Shown in pieces: positions 19,120 to 28,571 of a stretch of DNA of 64,000 nt. Each line of letters begins with the position of its first letter. The stretch's first letter is position 1. The notes below the pieces were generated by a model. The model was not told the origin of the DNA. It did no database searches and worked only from the letters and a program-made list of their open reading frames with translations. The position numbers and the translations under genes were made by a program. Source of the stretch: Candidatus Omnitrophota bacterium (GTDB taxonomy: Bacteria > Omnitrophota > Gorgyraeia > 2-01-FULL-45-10); assembly GCA_903843285.1 (NCBI GenBank), contig CAIMPC010000007.1:28730-92729 (forward strand). Direction: 5' to 3'.

Positions 19120-20424
19120 ATGTTTAATGAACTGAAGAAGAAGATATCGAATAAATCGGCTAAGATAGGGATAATAGGTCTGGGATATGTAGGGCTTCCG
19201 TTATGTGTTACGTTCGCTAAAGCAGGATTTAAGGTCCACGGTATCGACATTGACAAAGACAGGGTAGAGAAGATAAGAAGGGGTGAGTCTTACATACTGG
19301 ATGTCTCTAAAGCGGATATCGTATCGATTACACGCGATAAACTGCTGGATGTGACGACCGATTTTAGCATCATAAAGAAATTGGATGCCGTGATCATATG
19401 TGTTCCGACGCCTTTATATAAGACCAGGGAGCCGGATGTTTCCTACATAGTCGCCTCGGTAAAGAATATTAAGGCTCATATGAAGCGTGGGCAGATAATT
19501 GTGCTTGAATCCACGACTTATCCGGGTACGACAGAGGAAGTGATGCTGCCGATACTGGAAAGTGACGGTTTAAAGGAAGGGAAGGATTTTTATCTGGCCT
19601 TCTCACCCGAACGTGTTGATCCGGGCAATCCCAAATATGATACGAAGAATACTCCTAAGATAATAGGCGGTATATCTAAGCACTCAACGGAAGTTTCAGC
19701 TGCTTTGTATGCCGAAGCCCTCGAGACGGTGGTTCCCGTATCTTCGGCTAAAGTCGCCGAGATGGTCAAACTTCTAGAAAATACTTTCAGGATAGTGAAT
19801 ATAGGGCTTGTTAATGAAATACTCCAGATGTGTGACAAACTTAAGATAGATGCATGGGAAGTTATCGATGCGGCAAAGACGAAGCCTTACGGCTTTATGC
19901 CATTCTATCCGGGTCCAGGAGTCGGAGGACACTGTATCCCCGTAGACCCTATATACCTATCGTGGAAGGCGCGCATGCATGGATTTGAGGCGCGATTTAT
20001 TGATCTGGCCTCGCAGGTAAACTCTGAGATGCCTCACTATGTAGTATCGAAGGCCGCGGAAGGCCTAAATGAACACAGAAAACCGATAAAGGGTTCGAAG
20101 GTGCTTATCGTTGGCGTCGCATACAAGAAGGACGTGAAGGATCTGCGCGAATCTCCGGCCCTCGAAATTATAGACATGTTCATTAAGAAGGGCGCGGATG
20201 TAGCATACTACGATCCGCTCTTCTCGTATCTTAAGATCGATGAGATAAATCTGACATGCGCTAAATTCTCGAAGGAGACTTTTAAATCCACAGACTGCGT
20301 GGTAATAGTTACGGATCACACGAAGGTGGATTATGATTTCATCGTCGAGAATTCGAAGCTTATAGTGGACACCAGAAATATTCTGAAGAATGTCGAAGAT
20401 AGGAGCAACATAATAAAACTATAA
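19120..20424 (+). CDS. UDP-N-acetyl-D-glucosamine (or -mannosamine) 6-dehydrogenase, TviB/WbpA/WecC family
   Basis: The track ORF starts at 19072. The likely start is MFNELKK at 19120. IGLGYVGLP Rossmann motif. Catalytic Cys in GGHCIPVDP. Three-domain nucleotide-sugar dehydrogenase, ~435 aa. Confidence 0.8.
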   Translation: MFNELKKKISNKSAKIGIIGLGYVGLPLCVTFAKAGFKVHGIDIDKDRVEKIRRGESYILDVSKADIVSITRDKLLDVTTDFSIIKKLDAVIICVPTPLYKTREPDVSYIVASVKNIKAHMKRGQIIVLESTTYPGTTEEVMLPILESDGLKEGKDFYLAFSPERVDPGNPKYDTKNTPKIIGGISKHSTEVSAALYAEALETVVPVSSAKVAEMVKLLENTFRIVNIGLVNEILQMCDKLKIDAWEVIDAAKTKPYGFMPFYPGPGVGGHCIPVDPIYLSWKARMHGFEARFIDLASQVNSEMPHYVVSKAAEGLNEHRKPIKGSKVLIVGVAYKKDVKDLRESPALEIIDMFIKKGADVAYYDPLFSYLKIDEINLTCAKFSKETFKSTDCVVIVTDHTKVDYDFIVENSKLIVDTRNILKNVEDRSNIIKL

Positions 20425-20497
20425 GAGCAATCTTCGGCTTGAAGATCTCGCCGAAGCTTCATTTAATATCAGCATAGCAGCGAAGGCGGATAAAACT

Positions 20498-21481
20498 ATG
20501 GCAAAATATCTCGTTACAGGCGGAGCAGGATTCATAGGTTCAAATATCGTCGAGGAGCTGGTTCGCAGGATGGAGGCGAGACAGGGACTGTCCCCGAAGG
20601 GGACTGTCCCAAGAGTCACCGAAGTCAGAGTCCTCGACAACTTTGTCACCGGTAAAATGGAGAATCTAAAGCCATTCCTTAAAAAAATCACACTCATCAA
20701 AGGAGATATCAGGAACAGGCGAGATCTTGACAAGGCGCTTAACGGTGTAGATTACGTCATACATCAGGCCGCTCTCAGGTCTGTCCCTAAATCCGTTGAC
20801 GACCCATTCACCACTAACGATATAAACATCAATGGCACGCTGAATCTCCTGGTAGCAGCACGCGATCATGATGTGAAAAGAGTTGTATATGCCTCATCGA
20901 GCTCTGCGTATGGGGATGCGAAACATTTTCCGCAAATGGAGACCGATTTGCCTGGCCCCATTTCGCCCTATGGTGTAGCTAAGTTGGCGGCTGAGCAATA
21001 TTGTGTAGTATTTGCCAAGACGTTTGGCCTCGAGACTGTGTCATTAAGATATTTCAATGTATTCGGACCGAGGCAGAACCCTGATTCCAAATATTCTGCG
21101 GTTATTCCGGCGTTTCTATTTACTATGGCTAAGGGTGGATCGCCTGTCGTGGAATGGGATGGGAAACAGTCCAGAGACTTTACATTTGTCGGAAATGTGG
21201 TTGAAGCGAATCTTCGCGCGTGCACGGCTTCCGGGATATCCGGACAGGTCTTCAATGTCGCATGCGGATCGACGACATCTATTATGGATATTGTAAACGA
21301 GCTCAATAAGATATTAGGGACAAAAATTAAACCCAAATATGCTCCGAAACGAAAGGGCGACGTCCGTAAGACCCGCGCCGATATATCGAAGATGAAGCGT
21401 CTCTTAAAGATAAAGAAGATAATCGGGTTCGAAGAGGGCATGAAGCGCACGGTCGAGTGGTTCGAAAAGCATAAAAGATAA
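20498..21481 (+). CDS. UDP-HexNAc(A) 4-epimerase, WbpP/TviC-like extended SDR
   Basis: [20 protein letters not shown] (YxxxK). STD-like motifs. Paired with the upstream TviB/WbpA-like dehydrogenase. Confidence 0.7.
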   Translation: MAKYLVTGGAGFIGSNIVEELVRRMEARQGLSPKGTVPRVTEVRVLDNFVTGKMENLKPFLKKITLIKGDIRNRRDLDKALNGVDYVIHQAALRSVPKSVDDPFTTNDININGTLNLLVAARDHDVKRVVYASSSSAYGDAKHFPQMETDLPGPISPYGVAKLAAEQYCVVFAKTFGLETVSLRYFNVFGPRQNPDSKYSAVIPAFLFTMAKGGSPVVEWDGKQSRDFTFVGNVVEANLRACTASGISGQVFNVACGSTTSIMDIVNELNKILGTKIKPKYAPKRKGDVRKTRADISKMKRLLKIKKIIGFEEGMKRTVEWFEKHKR

Positions 21482-21482
21482 G

Positions 21483-22031
21483 ATGACGATATCTTTTAAA
21501 AACGCATTTTGGCAGGCATTCATTGTTTTGATAATATTTATCATCGGTTTTTCTTTATCATCCGGTATGGTCTTAGATTGTGCAAAAAAGATATCGGATA
21601 AATATGGATCCGATATCCTGAATCGTCTTTATCACCATACGTTAGACCTCGAGGTGGATTCAAAGCATTATTTTATTCGGCCAATAGGAGGTTATACAGT
21701 AAAGTTATGTACCGAGCCGCCCTCTTTGGCAATTATGGCGAGCCTTTTATTTAACTGCATCTTTAATATTCTGTTCCAACCGGTATTTTTTTGCCCATTT
21801 ACTCCTCAGGTATTACTGAATGTGGTGCTTTTCCCGTTCTTTGTGTATGGCTTGATTAAATACTTTAGTAAAGTCTGGTTTATGGCGGCAATATTCATTA
21901 TTATCTCATTTCAGGCGGGTATATACGATTCTGGAGTTGAAGCTCTTATAAGGCACAGCATGTCATGCGAACTGATATATCTCTTAATAGGTTCAGCTGG
22001 TTTCACGGGCTGGATTATAAAAAGCTTATAA
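21483..22031 (+). CDS. Hypothetical polytopic membrane protein
   Basis: 182 aa, highly hydrophobic with several predicted TM segments. No recognisable motif. Overlaps the next ORF by 67 nt in a different frame. Confidence 0.35.
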   Translation: MTISFKNAFWQAFIVLIIFIIGFSLSSGMVLDCAKKISDKYGSDILNRLYHHTLDLEVDSKHYFIRPIGGYTVKLCTEPPSLAIMASLLFNCIFNILFQPVFFCPFTPQVLLNVVLFPFFVYGLIKYFSKVWFMAAIFIIISFQAGIYDSGVEALIRHSMSCELIYLLIGSAGFTGWIIKSL

Positions 22032-22618
22032 TTATAGCATTCTTGCTGAGATTGATCGTAGCCTCGGCATATGATATCTTTGTCTCCGTTACCGGCAAAG
22101 ATATTATTGCCCCAGACAGCAAGTTTTACTCAATCAATGGCAGGTATGTGAGCCTCGTTTTCGAAGGTTATGGCGGAAAAAATATGCCTTTTACAAAAGA
22201 TCTGCTCTTGGGTGATAAATCAAGTGATCAGATATTTATTGATGCATTGAAAAGGGAAAAGATGCAGTTACCACCTTTAAACAGTGCGGTAGGCGTTCAC
22301 TTCCGCTTAATAGGTATCCTGTACTTTATTTTCGGATATTCCACCATTTGTGTCAGAGTTTTTAATATTTGCCTAAGCATCTTGAGCGTCTATTTGCTTT
22401 ATAATGTCGCAAGGCGTTATTTTGAAAGGGTAACGGCAAATTTTTTTTTACTATTGGCACTGTTCTTACCGACTCTATTCGTTTATTCTATCACTATGTC
22501 TAGAGATATGTTCAGAGTTTTCCTTATTTCACTGGCAATATGGACCGCGTATTATATAATGAATATTATAAATAATATAGGAGAGATATGGGTAAAAAGA
22601 TTAAAATTGCGATTTTAA
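21965..22618 (+). pseudogene. Truncated N-terminal fragment of a PMT_2/ArnT-like GT-C glycosyltransferase (possible gene remnant or frameshift)
   Basis: 217 aa only. Contains the GT-C family TM-helix motif RLIGILYFIFGYSTICVRVFNICLSILSVYLLYNVARRYF (compare ArnT/PMT_2 R..SAL.G.LTV.L.Y.LARR.F). The intact paralogs at 32377 and 46656 are 450-577 aa. Confidence 0.4.
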
Positions 22619-22911
22619 TGTTAGGGATTTATCTGCTTGTGTTTGGTATAGGGTTTAAGTCCGGAAATATGTACTTTCGCATGCAAAAAAGGATTCAACT
22701 AGAAAAGATAGAGCTCCCCACGCCCGCCACACCACCACCACCTTATTACATAATAGAAAAAACTAATTATGGATCATATACTGTCAGTACCTTTAATAAG
22801 GCCACTAATGAAGATGTGATCATACTAATATTAATGAATGAAAAATTGCGCCCTTTACTTAAGTTGCGAGATCTCCAAATATATAAATCAACAGGCGAGA
22901 GAATATATTGA
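22588..22911 (+). CDS. Small hypothetical protein with one TM helix and a Pro-rich stretch
   Basis: 107 aa. [25 protein letters not shown] segment. [11 protein letters not shown]. Stop overlaps the UXS start. Confidence 0.3.
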   Translation: MGKKIKIAILMLGIYLLVFGIGFKSGNMYFRMQKRIQLEKIELPTPATPPPPYYIIEKTNYGSYTVSTFNKATNEDVIILILMNEKLRPLLKLRDLQIYKSTGERIY

Positions 22912-23864
22912 GCTCCATCAAGAAAAGAGTGCTAATAACTGGCGGCGCTGGTTTTATAGGTTCGCATCTGTGTGACCTTTTTATCGAAAAAGGCTATCAG
23001 GTCATATGCATGGATAACCTAATTACTGGAAAGATCGAAAATATTAAGCATCATTTAAAGAACGAAAGCTTTAAATTTGTTAAACATAACGTATCAGAAT
23101 ATATTGATGTTAAGGGGCGGATAGACTATATCATGCACTTTGCCTCTCCCGCTAGTCCTATAGATTATCTTAAATATCCTATACAGACGCTTAAGGTCGG
23201 TTCGCTCGGGACACATAATGCTCTCGGTTTGGCTATGGCCAAAGGCGCCAGGTTTTTACTTGCCTCGACCAGCGAGGTCTATGGGGATCCGCTTATTAAT
23301 CCGCAACCTGAGAGCTACTGGGGCAACGTCAATCCTATAGGCCCGCGCGGCGTCTACGATGAAGCCAAGCGGTTTGCGGAAGCTATAACCATGGCGTACC
23401 ATCATTATCATAAGCTTGATACCAAGATTGTCCGCATATTTAATACTTATGGACCCAGGATGCGTATCAACGATGGCCGGGCGATACCGAATTTTATCTG
23501 TCAGGCATTGCGTGGTGAGTCGATAACGATTTACGGATCAGGTAAGCAAACGAGGAGCTTTTGTTATATATCCGATCTTACTAAAGGTCTATACAAGTTA
23601 TTAATGTCCAGAGAGAACATGCCGGTGAATATTGGTAACTCGGACGAAATGTCCCTTATCGGGCTTTCCAGATTAATAAGTAATTTAACCGATTCGCGCA
23701 GTAAGGTCATATATAAATCTTTGCCGATTGATGATCCTAAAGTGAGATGTCCGGATATATCCAGGGCAAAACGCATCCTGAAATGGCATCCCGAAATAGG
23801 TATAGAAGACGGCCTTAAGGACACTATCGGTTTCTTTAAGAGAAATAATGCTTTTTTAGGGTAA
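22908..23864 (+). CDS. UDP-glucuronate decarboxylase (UDP-xylose synthase, UXS type)
   Basis: [29 protein letters not shown] (YxxxK). NTYGPRM. 318 aa. Close resemblance to UXS / ArnA-C-terminal-family decarboxylases. Confidence 0.82.
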   Translation: MSSIKKRVLITGGAGFIGSHLCDLFIEKGYQVICMDNLITGKIENIKHHLKNESFKFVKHNVSEYIDVKGRIDYIMHFASPASPIDYLKYPIQTLKVGSLGTHNALGLAMAKGARFLLASTSEVYGDPLINPQPESYWGNVNPIGPRGVYDEAKRFAEAITMAYHHYHKLDTKIVRIFNTYGPRMRINDGRAIPNFICQALRGESITIYGSGKQTRSFCYISDLTKGLYKLLMSRENMPVNIGNSDEMSLIGLSRLISNLTDSRSKVIYKSLPIDDPKVRCPDISRAKRILKWHPEIGIEDGLKDTIGFFKRNNAFLG

Positions 23865-23890
23865 CTGTTTCTACTGCACCCCGTTAGTGA

Positions 23891-23919
23891 TTGACACGCC
23901 GACGAATCTATCATAAAAT
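23891..23919 (+). promoter_or_regulatory. Sigma70-like promoter candidate (TTGACA-17 nt-TAAAAT) in a 170-bp AT-rich leader
   Basis: Consensus -35 TTGACA at 23891-23896, 17-nt spacer, TAAAAT at 23914-23919. Sits in the largest intergenic gap of the locus (23865-24034), AT-rich. Confidence 0.45.
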
Positions 23920-24034
23920 ATAGCCCTAATCCCGCAGCTTTATTATCATGATTATTAATATATTAAAGTAATATAATATAAAAAACACGCTTATATAACG
24001 GGTCATAGTATTGCGTATCCGAGGAAAGGCTACA

Positions 24035-25159
24035 ATGAGTTATAAAGTCCAGTTATTGGATCTAAAAAAACAATATGGAACGATCAAGAAGGATGTTGAT
24101 GGTGCGTTAAAAAGGGTGATCGACGAGCAATGTTTTATATTGGGTAAGGACGTCGATGATCTTGAAAAAGAGATAGCTTCTTATTGTGGTACGAAGTATG
24201 CCGTGGGAGTCGCATCCGGTACAGATGCCATACAGCTTGCGTTACAGGCGGCGGGTGTGGGTAAGACAGATGAAGTTATTACTGTACCGTTTACTTTTAT
24301 CGCTACTGCGGAAGCTATATCAAATATAGGCGCAAAACCTGTATTTGTAGACATCGACCCGAAAACCTACAATATGGATCCCACCCTGATCGAGAAGAAG
24401 ATAACTAATAAGACAAAGGCTATAGTACCGGTGCATCTATATGGGCAGTGCGTTGATATGGACCGGATCATGGCCATAGCCAAGAAGCATGATCTTAAAG
24501 TTGTCGAAGATTGCGCTCAGGCAATCGGAGCTGTCTTCAAGGATAAGAAAGCCGGATCACTTGGTTCCGCCGGCGCTATAAGCTTCTTCCCCAGTAAAAA
24601 TCTGGGAGGTTTCGGCGATGGAGGCATGGTTGTTACCGACGACGAGAAACTGTACGAAAGGGTAAAATTACTCCATCTTCACGGAAGCTCGGCCAGGTAC
24701 ATCCATTCGATCATAGGTTATAATTCCAGGCTCGACACCATTCAGGCAGCAGTCCTCAGGGTAAAATTAAAGCACTTGGATAAATGGTCTGAGGCCAGAA
24801 GGGAGAATGCGGAATATTATAACAGATCATTTTCTAAAATCAATGAAATAACTGTGCCAACAGTTACCAATCATAACATTCATGTTTATCATCAATATGT
24901 TGTCATGGTAGATAGTAAAAAGCGCGATAAACTTATGGATTTTCTGGGGGCTAATGGCATCGAAGCGCGTGTTTACTATCCCATACCCGTGCATCTTCAA
25001 GACTGCTATAAAGATCTGGGGTATAAAAAAGGAGATCTATCGGTAGCTGAAAAAGCGGCTCTGGGGACTTTAGCCTTACCGGTCTATCCTGAGCTTGAGG
25101 CTGATGAAAAACAGCTGGTTGTGAACAAAGTGACGGAATTTTTCAACAAGGGGTTATGA
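24035..25159 (+). CDS. DegT/DnrJ/EryC1/StrS-family PLP-dependent sugar aminotransferase
   Basis: The track ORF starts at 24011. The likely start is MSYKVQLLDLKKQY at 24035. GVASGTDAIQLAL. Active-site Lys region ISFFPSKNLG. YNSRLDTIQAAVL. C-terminal SLPIFP-type ending (LALPVYPEL). Confidence 0.85.
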   Translation: MSYKVQLLDLKKQYGTIKKDVDGALKRVIDEQCFILGKDVDDLEKEIASYCGTKYAVGVASGTDAIQLALQAAGVGKTDEVITVPFTFIATAEAISNIGAKPVFVDIDPKTYNMDPTLIEKKITNKTKAIVPVHLYGQCVDMDRIMAIAKKHDLKVVEDCAQAIGAVFKDKKAGSLGSAGAISFFPSKNLGGFGDGGMVVTDDEKLYERVKLLHLHGSSARYIHSIIGYNSRLDTIQAAVLRVKLKHLDKWSEARRENAEYYNRSFSKINEITVPTVTNHNIHVYHQYVVMVDSKKRDKLMDFLGANGIEARVYYPIPVHLQDCYKDLGYKKGDLSVAEKAALGTLALPVYPELEADEKQLVVNKVTEFFNKGL

Positions 25160-26313
25160 GAGATTATCTGAACTTTAACAGCTATTCGTTTTCGGATGAG
25201 GAGAAGCGGGAACTTATGGACACGCTTGACTCGGGATGGATCACGACCGGGCCTAAGACTAAGCGTTTCGAAGAGGACTTTGCCAAATATGTTAGATCTG
25301 ATCATGCGATAGGCGTTACTTCCGGAACAGCCGCTCTTCACCTTTCAATAGTGGGATTAGGCATAGAGCAGGGCGATGAAGTCATAACAACTCCGATGAC
25401 TTTTGTTGCCACTATAAATTCGATACTTTATGCTTCCGCGAAGCCGGTGCTCGCAGATATTGACCCCGATACTATGAATATTGATCCCCGCGAGATCCGT
25501 AAGAAGATCACAAAACGTACGAAGGCCATAATACCGGTTCATTATGCGGGACAACCATGCAAGATGGATGAGATATTGGCTATTGCAAAAGAAAATAACT
25601 TATTTGTCATATGCGATGCAGCACATGCAATAGAGACGGAATACAAGGGGATGAAGATCGGTTCTATGGGCAACGCAGCATGTTTCAGTTTCCACCCGAT
25701 AAAAAACATAACCACAGGTGAAGGCGGCATGGTGACAACCAACGAATCTTCTCTTGCGGACAGGGTGCGGGTTATCAGGCTCCATGGTATGGATAAGACC
25801 GCCTGGCGCAGATACGAAAAAGGCCAGTTCAGGCATTGGGATATGGAATATCTGGGCTTTAAATATAATATGACCGATATTCAGGCATCTCTCGGGATAC
25901 AACAGCTGAAAAAGATTGATGATTTTTGGAATAAGAGAAAAGAATATTCCGATAGGTATGACAGTCATTTTAAGGGAATTAAGAATATAATCACTCTTCC
26001 TCCCCCGGGCATAGGAAGCAAGAACGCGTATGACCTCTATCCGATCAGAGTTAAGACTGAAAATCTTAAGATGACCAGAGATGAAATTATAGATGCTATA
26101 CAAGCGGATAATATAGGCGTCGGTGTTCATTTCAGGGCCGTCCACCTTTTATCATATTATAAGAGATACTTCGGCGCCGAGTGCGAGGCTTTCCCGAACG
26201 CGGAATATGCATCTGACCGCCTCATATCTCTGCCGCTGTATCCTAAAATGACACCCGGCGATATTGACTACGTGGCGGATGTAGTGAAGAAAGTAGTTTG
26301 TAAAAATCAATAG
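25156..26313 (+). CDS. ArnB-like UDP-4-amino-4-deoxy-L-arabinose aminotransferase homolog (DegT family)
   Basis: Block-by-block resemblance to ArnB: SGWITTGPK, KAIIPVHYAG, FSFHPIKNITTGEGG (PLP Lys), LHG...W, GFKYNMTDIQA..QL.K, GVHFRAVH..YY, SLPLYPKMT..D.D. ATGA start/stop overlap with the upstream gene. Confidence 0.75.
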   Translation: MRDYLNFNSYSFSDEEKRELMDTLDSGWITTGPKTKRFEEDFAKYVRSDHAIGVTSGTAALHLSIVGLGIEQGDEVITTPMTFVATINSILYASAKPVLADIDPDTMNIDPREIRKKITKRTKAIIPVHYAGQPCKMDEILAIAKENNLFVICDAAHAIETEYKGMKIGSMGNAACFSFHPIKNITTGEGGMVTTNESSLADRVRVIRLHGMDKTAWRRYEKGQFRHWDMEYLGFKYNMTDIQASLGIQQLKKIDDFWNKRKEYSDRYDSHFKGIKNIITLPPPGIGSKNAYDLYPIRVKTENLKMTRDEIIDAIQADNIGVGVHFRAVHLLSYYKRYFGAECEAFPNAEYASDRLISLPLYPKMTPGDIDYVADVVKKVVCKNQ

Positions 26314-26380
26314 TTCACAAAATTTGTTTTATAACAAGCCAGCAAGATCTATAGGTGCTGTCTTTAGGGGGGAGTGACTT

Positions 26381-27439
26381 ATGAAGGTGTTGATATTGGG
26401 CGTAAATGGTTTTATAGGAAGCCATTTATCAGAAGCGATATTACGCGAAAAAGACTGGGATGTGTATGGGCTGGATATAGGATTTGATAAACTGGGAAAT
26501 ATAATAGACGATCCCAGATTTCATTTCGTGGAAGGCGATATAACGATCAATAAAGAATGGATCGAGTACAATATTAAGAAGTGCGACGTTGTGTTCCCGC
26601 TGGTTGCTATAGCGACTCCCGCCACATACGTGAAGAATCCCCTCAAAGTATTTCATCTCGATTTCGAAGCAAATCTCGAGGTGATTAAAAGCGCTGTAAA
26701 GTATAATACGCGCGTTATATTTCCTTCCACTTCCGAGGTATACGGAATGTGTACGGATGAGGTTTTTGATGAAGATAAAAGTAATTTCATCCTCGGCCCG
26801 ATAAATAAGCAAAGATGGATATATAGTTGCTGTAAACAGCTTCTCGACAGAGTGCTATGGGCATATGGGTTTGAGAAGAACTTCAACTTTTCCACCTTCA
26901 GGCCGTATAACTGGCTTGGGCCAAAACTCGATAGTATAAGTACTACTAAGGAGGGAAGCTCAAGGGTCGTGACACAGTTCATAGGAAGCATATTGAGAGA
27001 CGAGCCCATAAAACTGGTGAATGGGGGACATCAGAAACGATGCTTCCTTTACATAGACGATGGCATAGACTGCCTCTTAAGGATAATCGAGAATAAAGGC
27101 GGGGTATGCGACAAAGAGATAATTAATATCGGTAATCCTGACAACAATATTACCATAAAAGAGCTGGCCGCCAAGATAAAGAGGATATTCGAACAACATC
27201 CTCTGGTGAAATCCAAAATAGTGCAGAAGAAAGTGAAAATCGAGAATGTCAGTCAGGAGAAGTTCTATGGTGAGGGCTACCAGGATGTCACCTTCAGGGT
27301 TCCGTCCATAAAGAAGGCTAAGGCCCTGCTTGGCTGGACTCCAAAGTACGGTACGGATTCTGCCCTTTCGAAGACCATAGATTATTACATAAAGGAGTAC
27401 GTGGAGGACAAAAAACGTTGCGGAAAAGACTTACGGTAA
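26381..27439 (+). CDS. ArnA C-terminal-domain-like UDP-glucuronate 4-oxidase/decarboxylase (forms UDP-4-keto-pentose); no formyltransferase domain
   Basis: Near-collinear with the ArnA decarboxylase domain: VLILGVNGFIGSHL, FHFVEGDI..EWIEY..KKCDVV.PLVAIATP, VF.LDFE.NL, IFPSTSEVYGMC, R.IYS..KQLLDRV.WAYG, IKLV.GG.QKRCF. 352 aa with no N-terminal formyltransferase domain. Confidence 0.75.
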   Translation: MKVLILGVNGFIGSHLSEAILREKDWDVYGLDIGFDKLGNIIDDPRFHFVEGDITINKEWIEYNIKKCDVVFPLVAIATPATYVKNPLKVFHLDFEANLEVIKSAVKYNTRVIFPSTSEVYGMCTDEVFDEDKSNFILGPINKQRWIYSCCKQLLDRVLWAYGFEKNFNFSTFRPYNWLGPKLDSISTTKEGSSRVVTQFIGSILRDEPIKLVNGGHQKRCFLYIDDGIDCLLRIIENKGGVCDKEIINIGNPDNNITIKELAAKIKRIFEQHPLVKSKIVQKKVKIENVSQEKFYGEGYQDVTFRVPSIKKAKALLGWTPKYGTDSALSKTIDYYIKEYVEDKKRCGKDLR

Positions 27440-27458
27440 TAACGTCACGGATCAGTCG

Positions 27459-28562
27459 ATGAAGACAAAACATCCTCGAATATTGCATGCGCCCGTCCTG
27501 GTGATAAACCAGCAGTGGGTTATATCCAGGGCCCAGAGGCAGCTGGGATATAAGAGCGACTGCATGACCTTTAACGCCGATCGCAAAGAGCTTCGCGTCA
27601 GGAGCTGTGACTATAACTTTCATTTTGACCGCAGTAGCATATCCTTTAATCCTAAGAACATATTAAAGACTTTAAAGTTTCTTATCAGGTTTTCCGCTTT
27701 TTTCATTTCGGCATTATTTAAATATGACGTCTTTCATTTTCATTCGGAAACATTTTTTGGCAGCAGGTCCTCTCTGGATCTCATGATCTTAAGACTATTT
27801 CGCAAAAAGATCGTATTTCAGTATTGGGGCTGCGACATACGTCTTAAGACTATGTCTCAGTTGTCCGAAGAACACAGCACTTGCGATGATTGTATACGCA
27901 CTTGCCAGAATTCGCGCAAGCTAAGAGATAACCTGACGCATCTTAAGTATGCCGATTTCAGAGTGTATGGCGGATCGGATACTATAAGAATAGTTCCGGA
28001 TGCTTTATACGTACCAATCGCGATAGATCTGGACTATTGGCGTCCGGTTGATAAAATTCCATCCGAACATCTTCTGCCCGATCCTAAAGGAAGCATCAGG
28101 ATATTGCACCCGTTCGAGAACGCCAAGACCAGAGGCGATCAGAAGGGGACTAAGTTTATTAAGAAGGCGGCAGATGAATTAAGGGATGAAGGACACAAGA
28201 TCGAGTTTGTATTTGTTGACAATGTTCCCTTTGAGTCCATGAAATACTATTATCAGCAGGCGGATATTGTGGTAGTTCAATTGTTGATGGGTACCTATAG
28301 CGGCGTTTCGGTAGAGGCCATGGCCATGGGAAGGCCGGTAGTATGTTATCTTAATAAAGATGCGCTACGATTGATGCCAAAAGACAATCCTATCGTTAAC
28401 GCCAACCTCGATACAATTAAAGATACGCTCAAAAAACTGATCGAAGATAAAAATATGAGGGAAAACCTCGGCATAAAGAGCCGTAAATATATAGAAGAGT
28501 ATCATAATGCTATAAAGCTGGCGCAGCAATATATAGATTTGTACAATAAAAATTGGCGTTAG
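27459..28562 (+). CDS. GT-B-fold glycosyltransferase (GT4/GT1-like C-terminal domain) with Cys-cluster N-domain
   Basis: C-terminal sugar-donor-binding signature GVSVEAMAMGRPVV and a flanking Glu. N-domain Cys cluster WGCD...STCDDCIRTC. 367 aa. Confidence 0.5.
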   Translation: MKTKHPRILHAPVLVINQQWVISRAQRQLGYKSDCMTFNADRKELRVRSCDYNFHFDRSSISFNPKNILKTLKFLIRFSAFFISALFKYDVFHFHSETFFGSRSSLDLMILRLFRKKIVFQYWGCDIRLKTMSQLSEEHSTCDDCIRTCQNSRKLRDNLTHLKYADFRVYGGSDTIRIVPDALYVPIAIDLDYWRPVDKIPSEHLLPDPKGSIRILHPFENAKTRGDQKGTKFIKKAADELRDEGHKIEFVFVDNVPFESMKYYYQQADIVVVQLLMGTYSGVSVEAMAMGRPVVCYLNKDALRLMPKDNPIVNANLDTIKDTLKKLIEDKNMRENLGIKSRKYIEEYHNAIKLAQQYIDLYNKNWR

Positions 28563-28571
28563 GGCTGTGTG

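Noticed and set aside
22285-22294. ops/JUMPStart-like GCGGTAG core (GTGCGGTAGG).
   Set aside because: It is an imperfect match (first G missing) inside a coding or remnant region rather than an operon leader. RfaH/ops is not expected outside a narrow set of lineages.
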